Source: Candidatus Altiarchaeota archaeon
Lineage (GTDB): Archaea; Altiarchaeota; Altiarchaeia; IMC4; SCGC-AAA252-I15
NCBI GenBank assembly: GCA_043813075.1
Contig: JBDRLL010000002.1
Coordinates: 1-26,538 of the forward strand
Length of the DNA stretch: 26,538 bases
Reading direction: 5' to 3'
Shown: positions 16,688 through 26,538 of the stretch, one piece after another
Numbering within the stretch: position 1 is the first letter of the stretch
How the letters are laid out: every line of letters begins with the position of its first letter
Notes under the pieces: generated by a model
What the model saw: the letters and a program-made list of their open reading frames with translations, nothing else
Database searches by the model: none
What the model was told of the DNA's origin: nothing
Made by a program: the position numbers and the translations under genes

Positions 16688-17247
16688 TCTTCCTCGCTTA
16701 TCCTCCTGTTTATGTCAACCCAGTGTTTGAACTCGTCAAGCTGCTTTCGAAGCGAGTATGGCCTCCCCCTCCCGTATTCGGCAAGCCATCCCGAATCCTC
16801 GAATACGTCAGGGAGAGTGTCGTCAAGCACAATGGCCCTCTTCAAGAACTCTATGATGCCCCTGCTCCTTATGATAGAGTCCCTGGGCTTTAACACCCCG
16901 CTCCACGTCCCCCAGACCTTGAATACTGTGTCAGGATACCTTCCTCCTCCAAGGTCGACGGCGAGTACGTCGCAGGACTCCACGTGTTCGAGCACCAGGC
17001 TGACTGCGTCAAAGCCCCTGGCGTCACCGCAGACGAAGGACACTTTAGGCTCACTATCAGCCAGCTCACTAAGCTCGCCAGCACAATCCAGGCCCTTGTC
17101 CACAAGCACGGTCTTAGAGCACTTCCCCAGATAGGATTCCGTGCTCAAGCCCAAGTGGGGGCCTATCTCCACCACCACGTCGCCCTCCCTCACGGTCTCT
17201 GAAAGCAGTTTCCTGTATCTCCCCACCTCATAGACGACCCCTATCAT
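16684..17247 (-). CDS. Class I SAM-dependent methyltransferase-like protein
   Basis: VVEIGPHLG (motif I), LVDK and CGDA. ATGA-coupled to the reductase. Confidence 0.7.
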   Translation of the reverse strand: MIGVVYEVGRYRKLLSETVREGDVVVEIGPHLGLSTESYLGKCSKTVLVDKGLDCAGELSELADSEPKVSFVCGDARGFDAVSLVLEHVESCDVLAVDLGGGRYPDTVFKVWGTWSGVLKPRDSIIRSRGIIEFLKRAIVLDDTLPDVFEDSGWLAEYGRGRPYSLRKQLDEFKHWVDINRRISEEE

Positions 17248-17340
17248 GGTAATTCCATAAGAAATGGGAGGCCCCTAATATATTCTAATTTAAAGCAGAA
17301 AATCTAATTATAGAGGAGGGTTGGTCTATTCAGAGGCAGA

Positions 17341-20300
17341 ATGCGTTTAACCAAACTGGAGCTTAAAGGATTCAAGTCATTCCGCGACAAGACTACACTG
17401 GAGTTCCCAGACAAGTTCATGGGTATTGTGGGGCCGAACGGCTCCGGCAAGAGCAACATCACTGAGGCAATATGTTTTGTGCTGGGCAAGTCACGCGGTC
17501 TGCGGGCCGCGAACCTGCAGGAGCTGATATTCAACGGCGGCATCTCCGGGAAGGCTTCCGACAAGGCCGTAGTCTCCCTGACGCTCAAGGATAACGAGGG
17601 GAGGAGGCATAAGATCGCCAGGATGGTGGACCGTGAAGGCCATAGCGTCTACAAGCTCAACGACAGCAGGGTCACCCGAGGCCGTATCATAGACTTGATC
17701 GGCGACAACGAGTACAACATCATCCTGCAGGACGACGTCACTAAGGTCATCGACATGAAGCCGAAGGAGCGGCGCACCATAATCGACGACTTATGCGGCA
17801 TAGCAGAATACGATGAGAAGAGGGACAAGTCCCTCAACGAGCTTAAGAAAGTCGAGGAACGCATCTCCGAGACCCACATAATCCTGGGTGAAAAGCAGGG
17901 GTACATGAAGGAGCTTGAGAAGGAGCGTAATGAGGCGTTGAAGTACAAGGACACGCGCGAGATCCTCAACCAGTGCAAGGCAAGCCTGCTGTACAAGGAG
18001 ATTCAGAGCCTCAACAGAAGGCTTGAGAGGATTGACGGCGAGACTTCTGGCATGAAGGCCGAGCGCGAGGATGGCCTCCGCAGGATAGGCGAGTCCAAGA
18101 CCGGCATCTCGGAGAAGAACAGGAGGCTTAAGGAGATAAGCGAGCAGCTCGTCCGCATGGAGGAGGATCGTTCAGGCAACAAGATAACCGAGACTCGCGG
18201 GGAAATCAACAGGCGGCAGGACCGGAAGAGCCTGCTGGAGGAGCGTCTCGAATCCATAGCATCCGAACTAAAAGAGCGGAAGGAGCGTAAGAAATCCCTT
18301 GATGTTGGTATACGCGAGTGTTCCGCTAGTATATCCGAATTATCCTCTAAGGCCGGGAAACTGCTTGATGACATAAAGCGGGAGGAGGAGAGCATGGGCG
18401 ACGGTCTTGTTCTGACTGAAGTCGATGAAGCCAGGAACAAAGTCTTCGACTACCGCTCCAGGCTCCAGACTTTCAGCGAACTCAAAGACAGGGCCAGCGC
18501 GGAGTTGGCGGAGCTGGTTGATGAACGCAAGGACTTCGAATCCAGGCTTGGTGAATACTCCACACTTGAGCAGGGCATGGTCAAGGAGCTCGAGAAGAAG
18601 CAGAGGGAATACGATAAGCTGTCTGGAGACCGGAAGAAGTATGAGGAGGAGTACTCGCGCATCAACGATTCTATGGACTGCCTCAGATACAAGATGGAGG
18701 CCTCCAGGATAAAGCTGAGCGAGAAGGATTCTGAGCTTAAGACTATCGAGCGGACTAGCGGCGGCTTGAGGGGCGCTGTCAAGGCGGTTATGGGATTGAA
18801 GAAGGTGTTGCCCGGCATACACGGTTCAGTGTCTCAGCTCGGCACGGTCTCTGACTCCAAATACCAGCTTCCCATGCAGGTTGCTGCAGGCGGGAGAATG
18901 CAGTATGTTGTTGTGGACACGGTCGAGACTGCCGCGAAGTGCATAGACTACCTCCGGAAGAAGCAGGTGGGTAGGGCCACCTTCCTGCCCTTGGACAAGC
19001 TGAAGCCGAGGACCGCAGACAAGCCACCGTCAAAGTCTCTTGGCTTCGCCAGGGATTTCATGAACTGCGATAAGAAGTACAACAAGGTGTTCGACTACAT
19101 ATTCGCCGACACAGTCCTGGTGAAGGACATTAACGCCGCCAGGACTGTTGGCGTCGGCGAATGGCGCATGGTGACTCTGGACGGGGACCTGCTGGAGCTT
19201 TCAGGCGCGATGACCGGCGGCTTCATAAAGGACAGGCCTGAAGTGTCTTTCTCAAACATAGAGGAGATAGAGAAGGAGATAGAGTCGTTGAAGAAGCAGA
19301 TAGTCTCCCTTGAAGACGAATACGAGGAGACTAGGATTTCAGCGGATAAGATGAAGTCGCTGATGGAAAAACAGTCTGGTATGGTGTCCAAGGCAAAGGA
19401 GGAGCTTGACCAGTCGAGGCTCACAGCCCAGTCAAACACCGAGAAGAAGAACGTAATCCAGGAGCGGTTGAGGCAGCTGTCTGGGAAGATATCATCAATA
19501 AAGACCGCCATAAGCGATAACGAGTTGAAGTCAACCGAGTTGAAGAAGACGCTGAGCCTGTCTGAGAAGGAGTTGGGCCGCATAGTGGAGGAGCGTGGTA
19601 CCATCGACCGGACGATGTATGACAAACTTAAGGACGAGTACAGTGAACTCAAGGTGGAGGAGAGCCGCATGTCCGAGAAGCTTAACTCATTCAACTCACA
19701 GTCTGAGGAGAACGACAGGGAGATCACCGGATTGTCCGCCAGCCACGATACTGTCTCCCAGGAGATAGGCGCCCTGTCCTCTGAGATAAGGGGGTATGAG
19801 GAGCGGCTTGAAGAGCTGATGAAGAAGTCTTCCCTAATCGGTGGTGAAATAGATGCTATCATCCAGGAGCGGTCTACAATAGAAGAGGAGATAGTGCAGT
19901 TCGGTGAGGCTATCGGGGAGACGGAGAGGAGGCTCGAGGTCATAAACGCGCAGCTCAACGACTACGTCATCGAGAAGACCCGGATCGACACGAGGCTTGA
20001 GGACCTCAACAGGGAATACGGAAAATACGAGGGTGTTGAGGTGCTAGACAAGTCTATTAAGGACCTGGAGGATCTTGCCGAGAAGATGCAGCAGGAACTA
20101 CTGGGCTTCGGCTCGGTGAACATGCGTGCGATAGAGACCTACGACGTCGTTAGGACGGAGTTCGAGGAGATAAGCGGCAAACTCCAGACCCTCAGGGATG
20201 AGCGGCAGAGCATATTCGATTTCATGGAGAAGATAGAGGCGAAGAAGAAGGCCACGTTCATGGAGGCTTTCGACAAGGTGAAGGAGAACTTCGAGAGGAT

Positions 20301-20754
20301 TTTCGCAGACCTTTCAGAAGGTAAGGGCACCCTCGTCCTCGACAACCCGATGGTGGTGTCTGAGAGCGGCTTGATAATCAAGGCGTCTCCGGGCGGCAAG
20401 AGGGTGATGTCTCTCGACGCGATGAGCGGCGGCGAGAAGGTTTTGACTTCAGCAGCCTTCCTGCTCGCAGTCCAGCAGTACAAGCCTTCATACTTCTACG
20501 TGGTCGACGAACTGGATGCCGCATTGGACAAGAGGAATTCGATACGCCTCGCGGACATGCTGCACTCCTCCAACAGCCAGTTCCTGATGGTCACCCACAA
20601 CAACAGCATGCTCCGCTACATGGACTCTGCCCTGGGAGTCAGCATGCAGGACGGCGTCTCCCACATAGTCGGCGTCAGGTTCAGCAGCGAGAATCAGGCC
20701 CTGGTCGAGACGCCGATACCGCAGGAGCCTGACACGCCGGAAGAGGCGTCGTGA
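17341..20754 (+). CDS. smc: Chromosome segregation protein SMC
   Basis: Walker A GPNGSGKSN, long coiled coils, hinge GRATFLPL...VTLDGD...GAMTGG, signature MSGGEK, Walker B VVDELDAALD and VTH. Confidence 0.97.
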   Translation: MRLTKLELKGFKSFRDKTTLEFPDKFMGIVGPNGSGKSNITEAICFVLGKSRGLRAANLQELIFNGGISGKASDKAVVSLTLKDNEGRRHKIARMVDREGHSVYKLNDSRVTRGRIIDLIGDNEYNIILQDDVTKVIDMKPKERRTIIDDLCGIAEYDEKRDKSLNELKKVEERISETHIILGEKQGYMKELEKERNEALKYKDTREILNQCKASLLYKEIQSLNRRLERIDGETSGMKAEREDGLRRIGESKTGISEKNRRLKEISEQLVRMEEDRSGNKITETRGEINRRQDRKSLLEERLESIASELKERKERKKSLDVGIRECSASISELSSKAGKLLDDIKREEESMGDGLVLTEVDEARNKVFDYRSRLQTFSELKDRASAELAELVDERKDFESRLGEYSTLEQGMVKELEKKQREYDKLSGDRKKYEEEYSRINDSMDCLRYKMEASRIKLSEKDSELKTIERTSGGLRGAVKAVMGLKKVLPGIHGSVSQLGTVSDSKYQLPMQVAAGGRMQYVVVDTVETAAKCIDYLRKKQVGRATFLPLDKLKPRTADKPPSKSLGFARDFMNCDKKYNKVFDYIFADTVLVKDINAARTVGVGEWRMVTLDGDLLELSGAMTGGFIKDRPEVSFSNIEEIEKEIESLKKQIVSLEDEYEETRISADKMKSLMEKQSGMVSKAKEELDQSRLTAQSNTEKKNVIQERLRQLSGKISSIKTAISDNELKSTELKKTLSLSEKELGRIVEERGTIDRTMYDKLKDEYSELKVEESRMSEKLNSFNSQSEENDREITGLSASHDTVSQEIGALSSEIRGYEERLEELMKKSSLIGGEIDAIIQERSTIEEEIVQFGEAIGETERRLEVINAQLNDYVIEKTRIDTRLEDLNREYGKYEGVEVLDKSIKDLEDLAEKMQQELLGFGSVNMRAIETYDVVRTEFEEISGKLQTLRDERQSIFDFMEKIEAKKKATFMEAFDKVKENFERIFADLSEGKGTLVLDNPMVVSESGLIIKASPGGKRVMSLDAMSGGEKVLTSAAFLLAVQQYKPSYFYVVDELDAALDKRNSIRLADMLHSSNSQFLMVTHNNSMLRYMDSALGVSMQDGVSHIVGVRFSSENQALVETPIPQEPDTPEEAS

Positions 20755-20777
20755 AGCAAATCACACCTCTTACGGCA

Positions 20778-21977
20778 TCATGCACTGCATTTCCCGCTCT
20801 TGCATAGTCCTGCGAACAGCACTACTGCTGCAATCGATGTCGCCGCACTGAACAGGAACGTCGCCCTAATACCTGACCACACGACATCCCAGAGTAATCC
20901 CGCTATAAGGCCTGCAGGCAGCGCCGCGAATCCCACAACACCCTGATAGAGGCCAAGTGCGGTGCCTCTCATCTCCTTCAGAGCCAAGTCAGCTATGTAC
21001 GCCCTCTGGACGCTCTCTATTATCGCCATGAACACCCCGTATGTGGCGAAGAATATGAACAGCAGCCTCCAGTCCCCTGAGACGCCCATGCCAAGCGACG
21101 TGAACGCGAAAATCAAGTATCCAGCGTACAGTACCCACCTCCTGCCTATCCTGTCCGACAGAGAGCCTACTGGTATGGCCGCAGCCCCGTAGACGAAGTT
21201 GTAGACTATGTACGCTACAGGTATAAGTGCGAGCGGCATCATCAGGTCCTGCGCCCTCAGTATGAGGAATGCGTAGTTGAAGGCTCCCATGAAGAAGAAC
21301 AATGCCACAAAAAGATTAACGTAATACGCCCTGTTCAAGGACTTGAAGTCAGGCTTCCAACCCTTCTTCATGGAACCCCTCTCCTCCTTCTCCCTTATGA
21401 AAAACATTATGGCGACTGCTGCGGCAGCAGGTATCACTGACAACGCGAACAATATCCTGTACGCCACCCCTAACTCAAAACGGGAAGTCAGCACCGGAAT
21501 CAGGAGGACTGCCGCGACAGGCCCTAGAAATGCTCCAACCTGGTCCATCGTCTTCCTGTAGCCGTAAGCCCTTCCCCTTGACTTCTCGTCAGTGTAGTCT
21601 GCTATCATCACGTCCCTGGCCGCACCCCTCAACCCCTTCCCCACACGGTCAAGGAATCTTACCGCCATTATGTGCGGCCACACGGTGGCTAGCGCGAAGA
21701 AGGGTTTTGTCACGCTAGAGAACGTGTAGCCCCAGAATACGAATGGTTTTCTCCTGCCGATCTTGTCGGAGTACATGCCTGAAATCATCTTCCCGATGTT
21801 GGCGGTGGCTTCGGCAACGCCTTCTATAAGGCCGACTACCGCTACAGGCGCGCCGAGAACCGAGGTTAGGAATATGGGCAGCAGCGGGAATATCATCTCG
21901 CTGCTCAAGTCTGTCAGCATGCTGACAAATCCCAGTAGCACGACATTAACGTTAAGTCCTTTAGCAGGGTTCCGCAT
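20778..21977 (-). CDS. MFS transporter
   Basis: About 12 TM helices, with SDKIGRRK and SDRIGRR motif A, and DRVGKGLRGAARD. Start moved to MRNPAK (21977). Confidence 0.9.
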   Translation of the reverse strand: MRNPAKGLNVNVVLLGFVSMLTDLSSEMIFPLLPIFLTSVLGAPVAVVGLIEGVAEATANIGKMISGMYSDKIGRRKPFVFWGYTFSSVTKPFFALATVWPHIMAVRFLDRVGKGLRGAARDVMIADYTDEKSRGRAYGYRKTMDQVGAFLGPVAAVLLIPVLTSRFELGVAYRILFALSVIPAAAAVAIMFFIREKEERGSMKKGWKPDFKSLNRAYYVNLFVALFFFMGAFNYAFLILRAQDLMMPLALIPVAYIVYNFVYGAAAIPVGSLSDRIGRRWVLYAGYLIFAFTSLGMGVSGDWRLLFIFFATYGVFMAIIESVQRAYIADLALKEMRGTALGLYQGVVGFAALPAGLIAGLLWDVVWSGIRATFLFSAATSIAAVVLFAGLCKSGKCSA

Positions 21978-22025
21978 GGTAAAAGAATGCATTCTAGCTA
22001 AAAATAATGTATCCCATATATTACC

Positions 22026-22559
22026 ATGCCACAAATTGTTCACGGAAGCGCTCCCCCCGCTGTGATGCTGCCGCCCCACGCGATTCTAGGGCTATCTAAG
22101 ACAGATCATGCCGTCAATCCCATGAACATTCTTATTGCTGCTGGGGATGCTGCGATGATACGGGATGCTGTTGACACCGAGGGTGGTCGTCGGGTCGTTG
22201 AAGTGGCTTCTAGTGGCGCTGACTTTCTAGTTAAGTCCGGAAAGCCAAATCAGGTATACGTTATCGGACAGAACGTGGGTTTCCCAGACCTGCCTACGGG
22301 AGAGTATAAGCCGGACTGGAGGACTCTCGTGGATTTAGCTATTTCGAAGTCTAGGGTACCTGTCGAGTATAAGGTTGACGCTGGCGGCATCCGTATGGTC
22401 GGCGACCCCCAGCCCATAATATTTGTCACCGGCATGGAGGAACGCCACGACCCGATATTCAAACTTCTCCTGTTGTATGACCCCTCCCGAGGATATGGTG
22501 GCATAAACGAGGCCATCTCCCGGATAGAGGAGGACATACTACCCAACCAGAACTATTAG
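22026..22559 (+). CDS. Hypothetical protein resembling a degenerate response-regulator receiver domain
   Basis: MNILIAAGD...VVEVASSGADFL...VYVIG...FPD...PIIFVTG follows the receiver strand pattern without the acidic residues. Alternative start at 22122. Confidence 0.55.
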   Translation: MPQIVHGSAPPAVMLPPHAILGLSKTDHAVNPMNILIAAGDAAMIRDAVDTEGGRRVVEVASSGADFLVKSGKPNQVYVIGQNVGFPDLPTGEYKPDWRTLVDLAISKSRVPVEYKVDAGGIRMVGDPQPIIFVTGMEERHDPIFKLLLLYDPSRGYGGINEAISRIEEDILPNQNY

Positions 22560-22580
22560 AGAGTATTTTATGGTAGAATA

Positions 22581-24209
22581 GTGAATGTTTTTACTGTGAA
22601 GTCGAGTCTCCGTCTTTCTCTGATAATACTGCTTGCAGTCTGCATGAGGTGTGTTAACCTGGAGTCTGTTCCTGTCTGGATGTGGGATGAGGGGGGGAAC
22701 ATAAACTATGCGTCAAACCTGATGGAAGGCAGGGTGCAGTTGTTCGGATACAAGTACCATTTCATACCCCACCCGCCATTATACTTCGTATACCTGGCGC
22801 CATTCTTCAAGATCCTCGGGTCGAGCATTCTCGTGCTCCGGCTGTCGTCGGTAGTGCTCTCGATGTTCGGCCTTATCTTGGTCTACATGATTGTTCGCGA
22901 TGTTTTGGGGGAGTCTTCGGCTTTATGCGCTGCATTATTCTACGCGATCTTCCCTGAACTCGTGTTCTGGGGCAGGCTTGGGTTCGCCAACAATCTGCTG
23001 TCGGTGATGGTTCTAACCTCGATATTCCTGTTATATAGGCACGTTAAGACAGGGGCTCCGGCATATTTGGCTTACGCTTCTGTCATGACTGGGTTGTGCG
23101 TTCTCGTCGAGTACACTGGGGTCGTATTCCTCATGTCCCTGTGGATTATGGTCTACTGGATTTCACCCAGTAGCATTAGGAAAGTCTTTTTATTGTCTGT
23201 CGCGCCCATATTCATATTCACGCTGCTGATGCTGGTGTTCGATGGTGGCGGCTTCATGGCAGACGCTGTCATGCATTTCGCCAGGTACCCCCTATTCCTG
23301 CCTGTATTGCTGTTGGGGGCGGTAATCTTCAGGAAGTATTCTGTTCTAATCCGGTCTAGGATGGAGTCCGCGTACCTTGGTTTGGGTGTGAAGTCCCCTG
23401 CAGAACTCGTGGTACTGCTGATGCTCTCGATACCCTCGACCGTACCCTTAGACTGGCATCTCATTGTGTACGGCAGGTTCATATCATCAATATTCCTGAT
23501 ATCTCTCATAAGCATCCTGTTCATCGAAGACAAGACTTTCAAAAACATCCTCCTAGTTTATTCCGGCGGATACCTGCTGTTGATGCTGGTATTGAACAGG
23601 TCAGACCACATGGTAATGCCACTGGCATACATTGCTTCCCTAGCCCCCGCATTCCTCTTCATAAAAGCGTACGACTTCGCCTCCAAGAGTAGGGGCATGC
23701 TGGTCCTACTGTCAATCCCCCTCCTCCTCGTGCTAGCCCAGGATATCGAGGGATTTGCATTGAAAGGCATGTATGAGATGCCTTTGTCTAGTGTGACTGA
23801 TTTGACCGGCTACGTGAACGAAAGGGCTGGTCCTGGCAGCCTGATAGTCTCTTTCAATTACCTCTCCCCTATGCTGGATGGGGATGTGGTGATATTCCCC
23901 CATGTGCTCGCATACTATGGCCACAGGTTCTCCTACTGGCGTAGGGATTACTCTCCCAGTGATTTCGCACACAACCATAGTCTAGACGGCATCGATTATA
24001 TGATATTGCCTGCAGGGCTTACCGACGAGTTTGACGATCTACAGTATTCTGGGCTGATGGATGATATTGGGGAGTGGGATACGGTCTACGAGCTAAGAGT
24101 CCGCCAGCTCAGGAACCCGCCCGTGAACTCCTGGATGCTGGGCATCCTCGGTTCGCCGCTGTATATGGAGCACCATTACGTTGTCTTGGAGAATCCAAGG
24201 CTCGGTTAA
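22581..24209 (+). CDS. GT-C (ArnT/PMT-like) membrane glycosyltransferase
   Basis: WDEG after TM1, HPPLYF, LRL.S, many TM helices and a soluble C-terminal domain. GTG start. Confidence 0.85.
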   Translation: MNVFTVKSSLRLSLIILLAVCMRCVNLESVPVWMWDEGGNINYASNLMEGRVQLFGYKYHFIPHPPLYFVYLAPFFKILGSSILVLRLSSVVLSMFGLILVYMIVRDVLGESSALCAALFYAIFPELVFWGRLGFANNLLSVMVLTSIFLLYRHVKTGAPAYLAYASVMTGLCVLVEYTGVVFLMSLWIMVYWISPSSIRKVFLLSVAPIFIFTLLMLVFDGGGFMADAVMHFARYPLFLPVLLLGAVIFRKYSVLIRSRMESAYLGLGVKSPAELVVLLMLSIPSTVPLDWHLIVYGRFISSIFLISLISILFIEDKTFKNILLVYSGGYLLLMLVLNRSDHMVMPLAYIASLAPAFLFIKAYDFASKSRGMLVLLSIPLLLVLAQDIEGFALKGMYEMPLSSVTDLTGYVNERAGPGSLIVSFNYLSPMLDGDVVIFPHVLAYYGHRFSYWRRDYSPSDFAHNHSLDGIDYMILPAGLTDEFDDLQYSGLMDDIGEWDTVYELRVRQLRNPPVNSWMLGILGSPLYMEHHYVVLENPRLG

Positions 24210-24257
24210 TAGCGCGTAATCATAATATCCACCCAACGATTCACATGGTGGTGCTAA

Positions 24258-25433
24258 GTGAGGTTTAAGAAGCCTTCAGACATCAGTATACGTCACATAT
24301 CCATCCTCCTAGTTACACTATTAATCTCTAAACTATTGCTCGTCCTACTGGTCATCCTAGTACCGTTCGACTCTATCCTCAGTGAGTTCATCCCCCCTGA
24401 AGTACAGTTCCACAACCGTAGGGTGTTGGGCATAGACGACCCACAGTACCCCCTATTACGGAAGCTCAGCTACTCTTGGGATTCAATCCACTACATAAAG
24501 ATAGCTGAAGGCGGCTACCGGTATTATGATGGCTCGGAATACCCTGACAGCATGAGGGTATTCAACGGCATGACCCAGTGCCTGCACAGCCACCTATTCA
24601 TGTATCCACTGCTCATCAGATTCCTCTCGTTGTTCACCGACCTGCTGGTTGCCAGCCTGCTCGTGTCGAACACCGCATCCCTCGCCTCGCTAGTACTCTT
24701 CTATGTCGCAGCATCAAAGTACGTTGGAAATGATTCGGCATTCAAGTCATCACTACTGTTCCTATTCTACCCCAGCAATATGGTTCACGGCATGGTCTCA
24801 TACAGCGACTCACTCTTCACGGCCTTGATCATAGGCGCGTGGCTCCTCTTCGACGGTAAGAGATACTTTCTCGCAGGATTCACCTCGCTCATCGCGTCTT
24901 TCACCCGGTATCCTGGAGCCCTACTGTTCCCAATATTCTCCGTCTTATGCCTTCTGCGCAGCCGTAGGGGAAAAAACAGGATGGCAGTCCTCAACCAGCT
25001 TATTGTTTTGAACCTGTTCAGCATACCACTCCTCTACTGGCTTTTCGTGCAGATACCGTCGGACACCGGCCGTAGCCTGTCTGAGATAGAGCTGATGTGC
25101 CACGGCAACAGCGTTGGCATACCCGGGAGCTTCATCCTGAGCACATCCGCTTTGAACGCGTATTTCCTATACTTCTTCTTCCTCGGACTATACTGCCTAA
25201 AGGATGTGGACAAATCCCTCATGATATACTCTGGCGTCTTCCTCGTGCTATACGCTTCCCTAGAAGGCAATGCCGTAGTATCTATAGGCCGTTATGTGGG
25301 GACGATATGGCCGATATACCTCTATTACGGCAAAAAAATAGACTCGATTACGTTATACTTCCTCTCTATGGTAATGCTCGTAATATCCTTCATAATGCTG
25401 GAGCTATTCGTAAACTACATAACCATCATATAG
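24258..25433 (+). CDS. GT-C mannosyltransferase (PIG-V-like)
   Basis: SWDSIHYIKIAEGGY, MYPLLIR, YSDSLF and TRYPG; polytopic. GTG start. Confidence 0.8.
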   Translation: MRFKKPSDISIRHISILLVTLLISKLLLVLLVILVPFDSILSEFIPPEVQFHNRRVLGIDDPQYPLLRKLSYSWDSIHYIKIAEGGYRYYDGSEYPDSMRVFNGMTQCLHSHLFMYPLLIRFLSLFTDLLVASLLVSNTASLASLVLFYVAASKYVGNDSAFKSSLLFLFYPSNMVHGMVSYSDSLFTALIIGAWLLFDGKRYFLAGFTSLIASFTRYPGALLFPIFSVLCLLRSRRGKNRMAVLNQLIVLNLFSIPLLYWLFVQIPSDTGRSLSEIELMCHGNSVGIPGSFILSTSALNAYFLYFFFLGLYCLKDVDKSLMIYSGVFLVLYASLEGNAVVSIGRYVGTIWPIYLYYGKKIDSITLYFLSMVMLVISFIMLELFVNYITII

Positions 25434-25464
25434 CTTTTCACCCCATCTTCGAATATCCTATAAC

Positions 25465-26538
25465 ATGGCCAGATACGGTATCGTCCTGATATTCCTGTTG
25501 GCTCTGTTGTTCAGGGCCTATGACTTGGTTTCCGTCCCCGTGTGGATGTGGGATGAGGGTGCTAACATAAACTATGCGAGCAATCTGGCGGAAGGCAGGG
25601 CGCAGTTGTTCGGCTTCAAATACCATTTCATACCTCACCCGCCATTGTACTTCCTCTTCCTAATACCCTTCCTCAAGGCCATGGGTCCTGGCATCCTCGC
25701 GTTGCGCGTGGCTTCGGTAGTTCTCTCCATGTCAGGGCTCTTACTAGTCTACCTGATCATACGGAACGTGCTCGGCGAGTCCTGGGCACTGCTTGGGGGA
25801 TTATTCTATGCTCTGATGCCTGAACTCGTGTTCTGGGGCAGGCTGGGTTTCGCGAACAACCTTCTCGCAGTCCTTGCGGTAGCCTCCGTATACCTCATAC
25901 AAAAGCATTTCTCTTCTGGCGAAGACAGGTTCATGTATTACGCTTCACTCACAGCGGGGGTGTGCCTGCTGACAGAGTATGGCGGCATAGTATTCGTGCT
26001 GTCACTGCTGGTGATAGTCTACTGGTATGCCCGCAGACTTCTTTCAAAAACATTGATACTGTCTCTGGGGCCGTTCATGGTTTTCGTGCTATTGATGCTG
26101 GCTTCTGATTTTCACGGTTTTACGACAGACTTCCTGAAGTTCTTCAGGTTGTATTTCCTCGCCATACCTGCCATCATGGTCACCGCAATATTGTTCCACA
26201 GGTTTTCAGACCGGCTACTTGGATACACCAACAGCCTATATTACGGTATCGGAGAGACTCCAGCAGAGTTCGTCCTATTCCTACTGATAAGCCTTTTCTC
26301 CCTGCTGCCCCTGGACTACACGGTATTCCTCTCCGGCAGTTACGTCTCCGCGCTTCTAGCATTCTCATTCTTCTCCCTCTTCTTCATACAAGAGGGCAGG
26401 TTCAGGAACACCCTGATGCTATACTCATTCTCCTACCTGCTACTGCTCTTCTCATTGAACAGGTGGGATCACATGGGCATACCACTACCCTACCTTCTGT
26501 CCTGTTCATCCGTATTCTTCATAAAAAAAGCCGGCCAA
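25465..26538 (+). CDS. GT-C (ArnT/PMT-like) glycosyltransferase, paralog of 22581-24209; runs off the window
   Basis: Absent from the ORF track because it has no stop in the window. Manual translation gives MARYGIVLIFLLALLFRAYDLVSVPVWMWDEGANINYASNLAEGRAQLFGFKYHFIPHPPLYF...PELVFWGRLGFANNL. Confidence 0.88.
   Translation, partial: MARYGIVLIFLLALLFRAYDLVSVPVWMWDEGANINYASNLAEGRAQLFGFKYHFIPHPPLYFLFLIPFLKAMGPGILALRVASVVLSMSGLLLVYLIIRNVLGESWALLGGLFYALMPELVFWGRLGFANNLLAVLAVASVYLIQKHFSSGEDRFMYYASLTAGVCLLTEYGGIVFVLSLLVIVYWYARRLLSKTLILSLGPFMVFVLLMLASDFHGFTTDFLKFFRLYFLAIPAIMVTAILFHRFSDRLLGYTNSLYYGIGETPAEFVLFLLISLFSLLPLDYTVFLSGSYVSALLAFSFFSLFFIQEGRFRNTLMLYSFSYLLLLFSLNRWDHMGIPLPYLLSCSSVFFIKKAGQ

Noticed and set aside
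18003-20483. Several long Ser-rich minus-strand ORFs, up to 287 aa
   Set aside because: They are antisense to the Glu/Lys-rich SMC coiled coils, a codon-bias artefact.
17341-20754. SMC as part of a Wadjet/MksBEF-type defence system, or as Rad50
   Set aside because: It has a canonical SMC hinge with no zinc hook and no jet/mks neighbours. The lack of adjacent scpA/B is not unusual.

Overview
Archaeal genomic window: it has TBP, SMC, TATA-like promoters and GGAGG/GGTGA ribosome-binding sites. A DPANN/Altiarchaeota-like lineage is only a guess. The left 12.1 kb is one tightly coupled minus-strand operon of at least 17 genes. In order it encodes an HdrB-HdrC fusion, a three-way split glutamate synthase (GATase, FMN/Fe-S and GXGXG subunits), a lipoyl-carrier protein with an LbpA-like KWVG motif, and a Cys-rich membrane-anchored protein. 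Next come an internally duplicated ion-transporter-like membrane protein with four symmetric cysteines, two paralogous 50-aa membrane hairpins, three membrane-anchored atypical ferredoxins and a NapH/MauN-like polyferredoxin. It ends with a membrane-anchored HdrC-like protein, a second HdrB-like protein, a CcdA/DsbD-like protein and a lipoate-protein ligase that runs off the window. This looks like an uncharacterised lipoate- and Hdr-linked membrane redox system coupled to glutamate synthase. The right half is mostly housekeeping and surface-glycan genes: fcl, gmd, tbp, a PIN protein, a geranylgeranyl-reductase-family oxidoreductase, a methyltransferase, smc, an MFS transporter, a degenerate receiver-like protein and three GT-C glycosyltransferases, two of which are close paralogs. 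No RNA genes, CRISPR arrays or mobile elements were recognised. All family assignments come from motif recognition by eye, not from database searches.
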